A stretch of 57,579 nt of DNA, filler included, from Sphacelaria rigidula (lineage: Eukaryota): NCBI GenBank assembly GCA_964200075.2. It is 4 parts of 4 records of this genome, joined end to end, with 100 filler letters (N's around TTAATTAATTAA, not from the genome) between each part and the next. Parts side by side here need not be neighbours in the genome. Positions count along the whole stretch, not along the records: positions 1 to 14,323 come from CAXNAA020002316.1; 3 more parts are not named here. One strand, 5' to 3'. The position numbers and the translations under genes were made by a program. The notes under the pieces are model-generated. The model had not been told where the DNA came from and ran no database searches. It saw only the letters and a program-made list of their open reading frames with translations. The stretch's first letter is position 1; every line of letters starts with the position of its first letter. Positions 1 through 12,439 of this stretch are shown piece after piece.

Positions 1-4
1 CGTA

Positions 5-70
5 CTCATTTGTTGCTTGCCTTAGTCATTTGACCATTGACCACGCATCCCTTTCGAGACGGAGCACCGT
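5..70 (+). repeat. Direct repeat, second copy at ~2240-2306
   Basis: cattgaccacgcatccctttcgagacggagca is identical at 36-67 and 2270-2301, with similar upstream bases. Confidence 0.85.
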
Positions 71-1475
71 TGCGTGTTGGGGTGGGCGATCAAATTGCCA
101 CCGCGCTCATGGATAGTAGATACGGTGCAAAATTGCTCGTGGTTCACATCTGCTCCGCATCCTCCTGTGTGCAGAGTCAGAAAGCTGTGCTGTATGTATG
201 TCGCGTTGCCCGCTTCTTTTCCACACCGCGCCTGCATGCTGTGCGAAACACACACACTATCCAGACAGTACAGGCAGCCGCTGTCGTACAGTCTATAATA
301 CTGTCTGTCCTGTGGTGTCTATTGAATGTAAGTGAAGAAGTATCGCTTCACGAATTTCCCTTAGCCTCTTCGATTCAAAGCGTGTACATTCGCTCGGACC
401 CAAACACAGCAAAACGAAGTCAGTTCCGTCGCACAAACTCGTCAGAGTCGAAAAAAATGCTAAGACACGGCCTAACTCCTGAAAGCGTGCGAAAGTAGCG
501 CACTAGAATTGGTGAATCTTCCGTTCGGGGACTTTTCGGGTCTGTATTGCCCAGACAGTGCCGGCACTACTTTCGGAAAATCCCCGCGTAGAATCGACCA
601 CTGGGGTTCATCATGTGCAGCATCGGCGCCTTCGGGTAAATTATCACATTTCTGCCACTGCGGCAAACGCCAAGTCCGAACGAGGAGAAACACAACACCC
701 TCTTATATTTGTTTATTTATTTATTTGCTTGCATTCCACGCCGGTTGGTCTCTGAAGTCACGGCGAGGGTTAGGGTTGGGCCTAATTCAAAACCACAAAT
801 TTCCGACAACTGTTTTACAGAGCCATTCTACGGAGTGAGAAACGTAACTCCTATATTCGTAAATATCACCTCCTGCGTCATTTCCAACGATCGAAGTGAA
901 CCAGGTATTTTTCAGGGCTTCCCCCAGAATTCTTGGCAGGCAAGAATCGAATTCCGCCAAAACCACTCACACGTGTAGGAGGAACTGTGGATACAAAGTA
1001 CAAGATGATTCGCATACACCACAAGAGGTCCCAACGATTAGGAAATTTTGGCGGAATTGAATTATGTCTAAACTTCGAAGTAACGCAGCAAAAAAAAAAA
1101 ACGAACGTCAAGGTGACATGCGGTACTTTCTTGTTGGAGTAAAACTAACCCTATCCAAGGTATACCGAGTGCCGTCGGGCAACGGTGGTGCAGAGGGTGA
1201 TGAAGGCAAAATGTCATATCCTGGATGTGAAAAGGTGCAACGGACAAAATATGAACTGGGTAAAATATACTTCGAAGTACGGTAGGCCTATTGCAACTAT
1301 TGCCGGTGCAATAGACAAGAAATGTACGGGGCCGACTATAGTTGCAATAGATCTACCGTTTATCGAGTACATATTTTGACTGTTGCATCCATTGACCATA
1401 TAGTGTCATTATCCAGGCTGTGCAAAATGTGCATTGATAGACCTACCTCAGGATAAACTTTCGGGGCTACTTACG

Positions 1476-1643
1476 TTACACGCAATCAGACCTTGGAAAT
1501 GTAATGTAAGCCCCGCTAAGCATCCGAATATGGGTGTTCGCACCCGAATCCAGTAGCAACACTCCGCGAAAGTTCTTGGATGAGTCGGTCCTTTCTGCGG
1601 AGTGCATAACTACACTGGCCCGTACTTGAATAGAAAAAAACAT
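1476..1643 (-). mobile_element. Relic of an LTR-retrotransposon aspartic protease
   Basis: A 55-aa minus-strand frame (below the ORF track cutoff) reads MFFSIQVRASVV...FRGVLLLDSGANTHI. LLDSGA..H is the retropepsin catalytic motif. Flanking frames are interrupted by stops. Confidence 0.45.
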
Positions 1644-3090
1644 CGATGGGTGGATCTCGTTACAGGGGAGTTGAAGGTCGGTACTATTCGGTACCTCGGC
1701 AGATGTGTTTGATCTTCTTATCCGTCAGCAGCGTACTTTTCGCCCGGAAGGGCACAAGACCACCGTCCTCTTCCGGGGGAGCAAGCGGTGTGTATGTGTT
1801 TGTACCGGAGGGGGGGAAGCGGAGAAGGAAAGGGGCGAGAAATCCTTGACCGTTGAGGCCGAATGTTGGGGACAGAGCCAGCGATACGAGATGCCTAATT
1901 CTGTGCTGACCTGGAGATCCAAATTGCAACACAATCACCACTCGTATTACAGCATGAAGCGAAACGGAAAAATCTTCGAAACAACCACGCTGGAAAATGA
2001 CTTATCTTTGCCCACGTGAATTGTGAGAACACACACCGCATTTGGCTGACTCACCCTGAATGAGATCAAGATATCAACCCGCTGACACGAGCATGACTCG
2101 CACGACGGATGTAGTGGGCGCCTATTGTAACTAACCACTATTCAGCTGGGCACGATGTTTTTTTTTTTACGGGAAATCGCCCAAGGGTTGAGGGAGTGGC
2201 AGTAACTCGCGTGGCCCCTCGACAACTGAGGGGAGCGTGCTCATTTTTAGCTTGCCTTGGTCGTTTCATCATTGACCACGCATCCCTTTCGAGACGGAGC
2301 AACCGTGGAGGGGGGTGCTATTGGCCGTTTGACCAAATCCGTCGTGTCCACATCGTTTCAAAACCAGGAAGCCCACACAAAGTATGGCGCACTTGCACGC
2401 TCAAGACCTACGCCGCGGGCTATTTTACATGCCTCCGTACTGCTTCCGTAGGTGTCGAAGTCAGCGAAGGCGTGGCCTGCTCACGCTTTACTTCCGTCTC
2501 GAGCACACCAGCACCAAGACTCAACACGCAATTTTGCACTCTTGCATAGCGAATGGCGCGACTCGACACACTCACATAAAATTTAGGCCCAACTCTGTAC
2601 CGTTCCGGTAATTTTGTGCTCGGCCGTTCAAAACTGTAACCGCACACAGTGGCATATACTCCAATTATGTCCCCGTGTAGAACAACATTTTTCTCAATAT
2701 CAGTACAGAATCGGCCATTTCTGTATCGCCAATTCTTTCCCTCCAACATTTGGCCTGAGTCTACGACAGATCTCATACTCGGAATCGGGCGCTGTGCTGT
2801 TGACACCCCCAGTTCTCTCCTTCCCATCCACAAATAATTCCCACCACGCAAGCAACATGGCTTTCTTGAACCTAAAGTAACAAACCATCACTCCGAAATT
2901 ATTCACAAGCTGGGTCAGCCGACAGTTTTTTTTTGTCGGTACTAAAAAATGTCGTAACTCTATAAAGAACAAAAAAACGGCCGCATCGCCAGTCAAGATT
3001 TTTTTACTTGTGCGCCGAAGATCCTGGTGAAATTTCGGCGAAAAATTCCTGAAATTGGTGCCGGCGTGGAACAATTTGTGTGACATCGCT

Positions 3091-3157
3091 GCGCCCCGGT
3101 GGTACAACTTCTATACGAGCTTCCAATTACACAGGTCACGAGTTCAAATCCCGGCAC
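3091..3157 (+). mobile_element. tRNA-derived SINE head or pseudo-tRNA
   Basis: gcgccccggtggtacaac...gAGTTCAAATCCcggc, with the same GCCCCGGTGG start as 45101 and 54063. Confidence 0.45.
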
Positions 3158-3753
3158 GACCATTTTTTCCCCATAATCTGGCAGAGATGTATATATTTTC
3201 CAACTCTGAGAAGAAAAACAATCACCATCAGGGATTATTGGATAAAGGGAAAGCGTTGCAGCCCAGTTCCAAGTTGGATACTGGTGCCTGTGCTCGTTGT
3301 ATGTGACAATCGGCTCGGGGGTCCTCACCCATGATGGAGCTGCTGACGAGCTTGAGTCCATCCCGCAGCATTCCCAGTGCACTCTTGACTGTGTATGTCA
3401 AAGTTGTCAAGTTGCCATACATAGTCTCGCCGCGTTTTATATATATGGAAAACAGAACACGTTCTCGCGCTACACCCGATACTCAATGCAGTACAAAAAC
3501 GTCACCCCGGGAGGGGTGTCGCTCAAGAATGGAGTGAAAGTATATATACTACACACGGGTGATATCCTCAGTTTTTTACCGCATGCCTTCCCACGTGCGT
3601 ACATCCCTGGCTCCCCACCCCCCACCCCCTGAAAACAAAGCTAGCTACACAGTATTAGGTGAAAAGAGTGAAGCCTGTTTCATCACCCAGCTCTCATAAT
3701 AGTTTTCCTCCACCCCGATCACCCTCAATCTATGAATCTGTCTTTTACCCCAG

Positions 3754-6700
3754 GCCTATGGCGTCCTGAAAGATCCGGAGAGGCGACGCGAGTACGACTT
3801 GCACGGACATCAAGATGACGATGACACGGCGATGCCTGCGCCGGCGGCGGCTCGTGCCGCCCGGGCGGCCCGCTCTGCTCGCACCACCACAGCTAGCGCT
3901 GCCGCCGCTGCTGCCGCCGCCGCCGCCACCGCGACTCCTGCCCCCGCCCCGATTCCCACCCCAGCTCCCAGCAATGGTAGCGGGAGCGGCGGCATCGAGG
4001 AGGCCGAAGGGTGGGGCGGGGTGCCGTGGCCAGAGACGCCGGCTTATGGAGGCAATGGCCCCGGTGCTGGATGGGTAGGTTACATCAGTCGTTCTGCGTC
4101 TGTTTTTGCAGGGAATAACTAAAAACGTGCGTGTGTGTCGATTCTTGTTCTCTGAGTTATGGGAGGTTGAAAATTGTGGCACATGTAGGAGCGAGATGCA
4201 TGAGAAGTGTACAAGCTACAGTACCTCATTACTCAATTTGTTTCAGGTTCGTTGCGGTGTTCCTGTGTTGGCACAGTTGCGGGGGGGGGGGGTGTCGTTT
4301 TGCGGGCGGGCGTGTTTTTTTTTCTTGTATCTTTGTCATACATTGTTGGCTCGTCCGTGGTAACCTAGGTGTGTGATCTCCTCTCCGTCATCCTTGACGG
4401 GTTTTTTTTTCAAGTCGACAAAGTACCACCTTGTGTTTATTTTCATTCCTTGGCACTCTCTTGTTCTTTTATACCGCCGTTGTCTCGAACCAACCCATGA
4501 TCCAGGCGGCGAATCCGGGACCCGAAGCGAACCAATACGGCCAATACCAGCCCTACCCTTTTCAACAGGGCTACGGCCCCTACGCACAACAACAGCAACA
4601 GGCACAGCACCCGTCATTTCCACAGTCACCCTTCGTCCCGCCGCAAAACCTGCATCAGCAGCAGATGCAGCAGTTCCACCAACACCAGGCAAGTCCGTTC
4701 GCCCCAAACATGCCATTTCCGCACGCAGGCCCACACCATCAGCAGTTCGTACCCCCATTCTACGGCGGAACGGCCGGCGGCGTTGTTCCTTCTCAGCCGC
4801 AGCAGTACCCTACGGTGCCGATGACGCCGTACGGGCAACAACAGCCGCCATCGCATCTTGCCCTCCCGCATGCTGCAGGACCGCCATCGGCAACCGGTAT
4901 CCGATCCCAATCCCAATCCCAATCGCGAAGCCTATCGACCGAGCTATCACTAGCAAAACCCCGTACCGTTGCCCCTGTCGCCGGGCACCGGGCTGATCCC
5001 CGGGGATTAGCGCTGGCCGTTCCGGTAGCGGCGGTTGGTGGGTTTGTCGGGGGTGGGTTGCAACAGGCGCCGCCGCCGCCGCCACAGCCGCAGGTGGGGT
5101 GGGGAGGTGGGAGGATGATGGCGGCTGCTGTGCCGCAGCATCAGTATGCGAATGGCCTTGCGGTGTATCGGGGGGGTAACGAGGATGATAGCAGTTCAGA
5201 AGAGGAGACAGAATCTGAGACGGAGAGCGACACGTCGTCTGAAGCCGAGGACGTTAATAGTCGGCAGCGGCAACTAGCAGTCCAGCGGCAGCAGCAGCAA
5301 CAACTACAACAACAAGCCCTCAACCGTAAAGCAATGGTCGCCTCCAGTTATCCCAAAGAGACCCGCCAACTTCCCCCACAACAAGCCGGTTACCCCCCGA
5401 ACGCGGCTGTAGTACCCCGGGAACAGCAATATGGTCGTCCCCCCTCCTCTACCGCCTCATCGTCGCTCTCCCGTCGCACACCCCCATCCCTTGTGCCCAT
5501 GCGCGAAACGCCACGCCGAAATATGCCATCCTCCACTGCCCAGGCTCGCGGGTTTGGGTCAGATGATGGCCGAGGCGGCGGCAGCTATCGCCGTCGAGGT
5601 GACGGTGATCTCGATCCCTTCGGCGGAGGCTTGCTCACCGGGGGTCTATTTGGCGCCATTGGTCGGCGAATGGACCGTATGCTCTCAGAAGCGTTCGACG
5701 GGTTCGATGATGACCGTCGTCGATCCTTGGGTGAGTGATATATACCGTGTGTAACACTTTCTGATGCGAAACGGGGGAAGAGATATCATTTCGGTGGCCC
5801 CGCTTTTTTGTTCTTCCGTTGTGACTGAGTGGCGGGTGATACAAGAACGTTTGCTGACCTCGAGAAGGAATCTGCCGCCCATGTTTCTGTAGAACGAGTT
5901 TTATTTTGACGCGAGAAACATGAAGAAATAGGTCAGTTTTGAACCGTATTGGTATCCCCACACACGGGCGTAGTATCTTTATCGCACACACTCTACCGAG
6001 ACGTCACCAATGCCCCCCCTTGAAGACACTGCGACTGGAGCACTTGCCCGTTCCACTATCATAGTCTCGTAACCCAACCCTTACCCTGCAGTAGGGGAAA
6101 CAACGTCTTGGTGAGATTGAGAGTAGAGCGTTGATTGATATTGGGTCCAATCATTCACTTTAACTTGACCAGTTTTTATTTCCGTGCGTGCTTTTCTTTA
6201 CTTGTAACACTGGCGTGTGCTTGTAGCTACCATTCCCTGGACAACAGAATACACGGTCGAAAAATGTACTGCTTACAGTGTGGAATCTATTGTCTATTGC
6301 AGAAGACAACAGATTCCATACTGTACGCAGTACATTTTTCGACCGTGTATTCTATTGTCCAGGGTATGGGAGCTACACGTCCATATCCTACTCTGGGATA
6401 TCAAAGGGCTTCAGTGACAAGCTACCACAAAAAGCGTGTCGGGCCTCGTCCAGGGTAGTTTTCGGAACTGAAATGATTTTTTTCATTTATTGACCGCTTC
6501 TCACTCTCAATCTCACGAAAACGCTGTTGGAAGTCAGAGTGCAAGATTTTTTAATGGATGACGTACAGGTTGAGCAGATATGTTTTATGTTTCATCGGCA
6601 TCATTTTCAGATGAAGGCAAAACGCGAGAACGAGATAAGCCAGCATGTCGCGGCCAAAGTGTAGTACGCTGGACAAACCCATGTGCTCGTGGTACAGAGA

Positions 6701-7123
6701 CGCATACTGCTGGAATATGGTGAGTATTGTTTTTCACGCGTGGCGGTGTGAATGAAATCTCGAAAACATTTTTATTTTTTCTCTTGTTTTCTCGGTGGAC
6801 ATTGTCACTTCATGCTGCAGAGGTGCATGCCGCCACCCACTCCGTGGTGTTCGAACTGTTGCGCCAAATAGTTTTGCGGTGCAATAGCTGGTGTCGAAGC
6901 GTTTTTGTTGTTGTTCTTCCAGTCGACCCTTTTTTTGGAGCATTAGAACGTGGCAAGGGGATTCGTCAAATCTATGTTTGTACAGTAAAGTTGCTGTTGT
7001 TAGGCACCGTTCTCCTCATCGAAAAAAGAAAACAAAGGAACTACAAGAAAAACATGATGAGGGAAGCGATAGCACGCTATGGTACATTGTATCCGTCCTT
7101 TACACAGCTTGCGCCCCGTGAAT

Positions 7124-7162
<39 letters not shown>

Positions 7163-10100
7163 ACATGCGTGCTTCGTGTGAGCATCAAATTGCCCTCTCG
7201 ACGCAAGTGGGGCCATGTACCCTCCCTCTTTTTTTGCAATGGCAGCGTGAATCGCTTGAGGGGCTATACTTCGGTTCGCTGATCCGTTGAAGGGACAGCT
7301 GGACACGCCTCAGCTTCAGCCCCGTCCCGCGCCGCGCCGCGCCGCCCTTTCCCCCACCTCCCCCCGAACTTTCCCATTATGTCGCCGTCGCCGCCGGTCC
7401 TAATATTCGCGTCATACGAATCACTCCGGTACCGTGCTGCGCATGAGCCCCCCCCCCCTCCTCCCCGAGGTCAATGATCCTATGACTATGGCATGCATGA
7501 TCATGAGTACACCCCCCCAAAGCCTGGTCCGGTGAAAACCTGGCGTGCTCCGTCCCGGCGTTTAAAGATGTGAGGTCAATGATCTTATAGCTATGGCATG
7601 AAAGATCATGAGAACATGAGTATATCCTACCCCCGACATTCTCCACCCTCCCCCGCTTGCCGTTTCACGGAACACCCATTATGCCTTTTTTTTTCTAACG
7701 GCTATTACGTCGATCGGTTTGTTTTGCTCACTTGCTCACTCTGCGATATCAACGTCTCATGACCCACCCACCGCGACTCGGGACGGCACGTCATGGCGCG
7801 CTACGCCTTGGGGGCGCAAAAACACGCACACTCACGGATACTGGTGGCGGGGGGGGGGGGGGGGGGGGAAAAAAAAAAAAAGGGGGGGGAACGCTCGTGC
7901 GGGGGGGGGCGGCGGGTTTAGGGGTGGGCGGGGNNNNNNNNNNCGCCCCCCCCCCGCGCCCCGCCCAGTGGGGGGGAAAAACACACACACACCCCCCGAA
8001 AGGGGGGGGGGGGGGGGGGGGGGGGGGGGATAAACAAAAAAATAACGTAGACGACTCTTACTTCGACTCGGACGGCAATTTCTACAGCGGCGGCAGGCGA
8101 AACCGAAACCCGTCCGACTTGCTTGGCTCGGGCGGCAGTAGTAGTGGATTTAGCGCTCGCCGTAGCTTCAGCAGCAGTAGCCGCAGCGGCGGAGGCGGCG
8201 TCGCCACCCGGTCGAGCAGAACGACAACCATTGGCGCCGACGGTACACGGCGGACCGTGACAAGGACGGAGAGGACCGTCATCAATCCGGATGGAACCCG
8301 GAACACGCAGGTAGGTACCTACCTTGTGGAAGGTGTTATTGACGGGTCTATTTTTTCCCTCAAAAATCTCCGAATTTTTCGCGAGATGGAAAAAAAAATA
8401 ATTATACTGAAAAATGTCAGAGATATTTTTTCACCAGGTCAAGCGTTGCTGTAGATCAATTCAAGAGTGAAACTACAGGTTTCACTGATAATGCAGCATC
8501 GTTTTTTTTTTTCCAGTTTTTTTACCCGGAAATGTCCGATTTTTTTTTTTTTCGGAAAAAGTGAAGGAGATATCATATCTAGAGAGAAACATCCCGTAAT
8601 GAAGGCCGCTCATCATGGCAGACCAAACAAAATCTGGACAAGCACCCTGTTAGAGCTGTTACGTTCCATGCCATATAAGAGAGCTGGGCGGGTTTTGACA
8701 CCGTGGAACGCCTTGCTGTACTCGTTGACACGGTTCCAGCACACCTGTGCCTTTTTCCGGTGGTCGCTATTCATTTTTGGCCAAACTTGCATCTACCTCG
8801 GAGACCGCTCGAGTCCCGAAACTTTTTCGAGATTTATCTTGGCTTGATGAGCAATGAGTAGTCTCCGAGAATAATGCAAGTGTGTGCAAGGACTAAACTG
8901 CGGCCACCGAAGGGAAGCGCACAGGTGTGCCGGAACCGTCTTGACGAGTACAGCGAGGCATTCGAAGGTTTTGAAATCTGTAGCCCTCTTTTAGGGCATG
9001 AAACAATGTAGAAGCTCCAAAAGGCACGTTTCCAGATTTTATTTTTATCTACTATAAGGAGCGGCCTGAAGGCCCCCGATACGGTAGATGTTACGGACAG
9101 GGTGATTCACGTTCATTATCTTGGAAACACTCATCGGCAAAAGTTCACGCCGTTTTTAGGAGTTGGACCCTGAAATTTTGCGCAAATTTGCTATAGATCA
9201 TGAGGCAACTTTCAAAGGTCGAGGTTTTTTCCATCTTCCGACTTTTCACCGTTTTTCCGGGGTTTCAGGAGTTTTGGTGAGCTTGGATCCCGCCGGACCC
9301 CCGAGAAACAATGAAAAGGTCGAAGAGTAAAAAACCCTTGTTCATCGAAAGTTGCGTAATGATCCGTCGCGAATTTGTGCAAATTTCCAGGGTTTAGCCC
9401 ATTAAAACGGCGTAAAGCTTGCGCGTGTTTGCGATGACGTGAGCTTGAAACGTGCAAACTCCTAACTAATGAGTTTTAGTATGAAAACCTCTCTTTTTGG
9501 TTATATTCAAGGTGAGTGGCTGCAAAACTGTGTAAGGTTTCCACAGGCACCGTAGGTAAGGTAGGTACCCGGTACCGGTATTGGGTATTTTCAAAACGCA
9601 TACCTACGATACCCACGCATACCACGGCATGAGATACCCCGGTAAACACCGGACGCGATGCACTCTTCACGGCGCAGCAGCTGGCCCCAACTTACGTTCG
9701 TTAAGGCCAGAAGTTGTCGGAGCAGGTACGTCCTGTTTTCACAAGTAATACATGCGCAGGCTCTGTGGAAGATCTCTTTGAAAAGCACTATAGACAGCAG
9801 ATCTATTTTGGGATTGGTCTCTGTTCTACGCGAGCGTTTCGGTTGTCGGTTTACTCGCTGTTACAACTCGGTGTATACACCAGTACGTGGCAAGGTAGTC
9901 GGAGAGTTCGCACTCGAGGACTTTTTTTATTCCAGTAGGTCTCCTGTAATAGGTGCCCGTGTAGATGTTTTGTTTCTTGCCTTCCTCTACTGGCTGCTTG
10001 GTTTATGGGTATGAGTGGTATGCTCCTTGCGCTCTGTGACCACGGGTTCGAGAGATCGACCAAATGTGACGAACGTTAAAATAATACCCAGGTTCCCCCT

Positions 10101-12439
10101 GATCTTCGTGTTTGGATCAATTCGAATACACTCATTATTATGTGGTCTCAAGTGCGGTCGATTTTTTTCTCGATCTGATAGGCCTACCGCATCTCTGTTC
10201 TTATAAGGCTTCGACTCAAATTTGTAATTGGTGGCGCGCGGAGAAAAACTACAAATAAAAAAAGCTACACTTTCTCGATCGAAAGCATGCGGTCGAAAGG
10301 TACGAAGCGGCGCTTGACTCCTATCCACAGACCGCCATAGCAGATAACACCTGTTCACAGAACCATGCAAACTCCATCCAACTCATTCTCAGCTACGACT
10401 GCAACTCCGCAGCATCGGGTACGAATTGACCACAAGCATGTATATGCTGCAGTAGTTGGGTATGCTCCGTTTATTTTTTGTTTGCGAAAACCTGCGCATC
10501 TTTTTTCATGGTAATATCATCGACGGAACTGCGTGGTACGGTGGGCAACCGAGTTGCGTGCACCCTCATGAACAGGAAGGCAGTACAAAGCTGCACGTTG
10601 TTGAAGTCGTTTTTTTCACGTCGCATTGTAGCAGGGAGAACTGATAGTCCGGGTCTGTCTGTACTGCACGTCGCCCGCTTTTATTCAAAATACTACTGTA
10701 CGAAACACCCACACACGCACTCAAGACACACTGCTTGCAAGCAGTGCAGACAGTACAGATTTTACTGTACACGAGTGACCATGTACCGTTTCACGAATTT
10801 CAATTTCTTTCGATCGAAAGCGTGAAATTTGCTTGGAACCAACTCGACAAAAGTGAGCGATTTTGGCTGAAATCAATTCCGCCGCCCCTTTCTTTTATAT
10901 CGGATTCCCGCCGTTTTAATCCTAATACAAACTCCCCGCGTGTGTGTTCGGTCGGCTGGCACACCTGTCAGCCCTTTCTCCCGTGGAAGCAGACACCCCC
11001 CGCCCCCCCTCCCTATCGTAGCATGGATCGTGGGCTGAACAAAAAATGAGCTTTGGCCTGACTTCTGTACTGAATCGAGGTCATTGTTGATGGCCAAAGG
11101 GCAGCGTTCCACACGCGCGACGTCGGAATTTTGTTGAGTGGGAGAACTGGAGCAACACAACATGTACAACACGAGAAAAGCACGGTCCTTCCCATCGCTT
11201 TTCCTCCGGTCTCCCCTTTTACCCCCCAGGTGGAAGAAACGGCGGATGGCATGCCCTTGCCCTCAAACGGTGGCTCGGTGTCGAACGGCAGACTGGGAGG
11301 AGGAGGGAGGAGAGTTGGCTCAGACGTGACCGTGGCCAATGTAGGCGAGTACAGTGCCATCATCACGATGTCCGTATTTTGCGAGTGAAATGCATCACCG
11401 AGTGCAGGATGGTGACCAGTCGAACGGTCGTTTAATCAAAAGCCAATTTCCAACCAGAAATGATATAGTCTCGTTGTGTTGTTTGTGTTTGCTGTTCTTG
11501 CTCTTGTTTGTGGTGTTGTTTTTGTTGTTATCGCTGCTCTCTTTCTTTCATTATTCTGTTTTTGTTTTATTTTGCTGCTCCCGACCACGGGGTGGATTGT
11601 TCCAACCAGTTAATGCAAGATAACCAACCAATTACCCCCCCCTCTCACCACCACCGGCCCCGCCATGGCCTTCACCATTTGGTGTTTGCCAGTTTCATGT
11701 ATTGTATTTCGATGGCTGTCCAGTCTAGCTTGTATTTTGTAAGGTATGAGTATACCCGTACCCGATACTTCTGCAAGATCAATATATACGAAAAGGTTAC
11801 CCGTCCCCCGTTACGCATATGCCCCTTGTAGAAATACCCCGTTGGTTGCAAAGGGTGCCCTAGGCAGACAGAGTATGCATTGGCAAACCTTAAACTGGCG
11901 CCGGCGGCGCAGGTTTTTGACAAACACGCGTACCGTGTACGCTGGGAGCACTCGGCACTGTCGGCTCCACTAAAGATGGGATATCAGTATTCACGCGAGT
12001 GTTTTCCATGGCACTTACCGTTACACGTTACAAGTCATCGTTACACGTCACAAGTTAAGAATCAGGCCGGGCTAGTACCACGGTGGGGGACCACGTGAGG
12101 AGCCCTGGTTCTGTTCCTTCAAAGTCAAGTCGATCAGGGCTCCCCACGTTGTCCCCCACCGTAGTACTAGCCTGCACGGCGCCGCTTAACTTGTAACGTG
12201 TAACGATGAGTGTCATGGTATTTCCCAACTGTAGATTTGGGGATATGAGCTGGGGTATACTCTTCTCCGCATCGTCGGATGAGTCTTGACTCTCTTGTGT
12301 CCCTACTGTCCCTACTCCTCCTCTCATGAATCCCGTGGCAGGTGGCAGTGCAGACCTCGGCGGAAGCAGCAGCAACAGCTCCCGGAGGAGCAATGGCAAC
12401 AGAATTTCGAGGATATTTGGGGGTGGGAGGCCGTCGTAA
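3754..12439 (+). CDS. J-domain (DnaJ/Hsp40, DNAJB6-like) protein, 5'-partial, multi-exon: 3754-4074, 4506-5730, 8051-8310, 11230-11344, 12342-12439
   Basis: The exon after the acceptor ttttaccccag|3754 reads AYGVLKDPERRREYDLHG, matching the J-domain helix III/IV consensus AYxVLxDxxxRxxYD. Junction phases are consistent: TGG|gtaggt..atccag|GCG (0); TTG G|gtgagt..cgtag|AC (1); CAG|gtaggt..ccccag|GTG (0); GTA G|gcgagt..ggcag|GT (1), ending at TAA 12437-12439. Exon 8051-8310 encodes RSSRTTTIGADGTRRTVTRTERTVINPDGTRNTQ, similar to the DNAJB6/B8 C-terminal S/T-rich beta domain. No HPD-containing exon was found in 1-3753, so it presumably lies upstream of the window. The last junction is the least certain. 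Confidence 0.82.
6104..6523. mobile_element. TIR element (GTGAGATTGAGAG ends) containing an inner hairpin at 6246-6353
   Basis: gtgagattgagag at 6111 versus ctctcaatctcac at 6504. The inner hairpin is agaatacacggtcgaaaaatgtactgc / gcagtacatttttcgaccgtgtattct. The same TIR occurs at 30727 and ~28855-28892. Confidence 0.6.
7125..7160. repeat. (AC)n microsatellite
   Basis: Seen directly. Confidence 0.9.
7467..7625 (+). repeat. ~95-105-bp satellite family (GAGGTCAATG..TATGGCATGCATGATCATGAGTACACC), copies here, at 16063-16114 and inverted at 57415-57579
   Basis: The core occurs at 7467 and 7572. The spacer ggcgtgctccgtcccggc is the reverse complement of gccgrgacggagcacgcc at 57471-57489 and 57568-57579. 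Confidence 0.75.
8604..9066. mobile_element. Palindromic MITE-like element in a DnaJ intron
   Basis: Ends are GGCCGCTC...GAGCGGCC, with internal arms (ctgtactcgttgacacggttccagcacacctgtgc / gcacaggtgtgccggaaccgtcttgacgagtacag). TGAA directly flanks both ends. Confidence 0.7.
9139..9420. mobile_element. Hairpin MITE-like family with TCACGCCGTTTT ends (copy 1)
   Basis: ttcacgccgttttt...aaaacggcgtaaa. Related copies at 34937-35208 and 37706-37960, partial at ~28604-28660 and ~38270-38390. Confidence 0.65.
12035..12209. repeat. Hairpin/MITE-like inverted repeat in the last DnaJ intron
   Basis: tcatcgttacacgtcacaagttaag..gctagtaccacggtggggga versus tcccccaccgtagtactagc..cttaacttgtaacgtgtaacgatga. 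Confidence 0.75.

Noticed and set aside
7467-7625. Repeat-spacer-repeat pattern resembling CRISPR
   Set aside because: The spacer is itself repeated at 57471-57579, the repeats are degenerate, there are no cas genes and the context is eukaryotic. It is a satellite.
7845-8030. Long G runs suggesting G-quadruplexes or poly-Gly ORFs (also 14248-14323 and poly-C at 47197-47420)
   Set aside because: They abut N gaps and look like low-quality read ends. The 7732-8454 ORF is credible only from 8051 to 8310.
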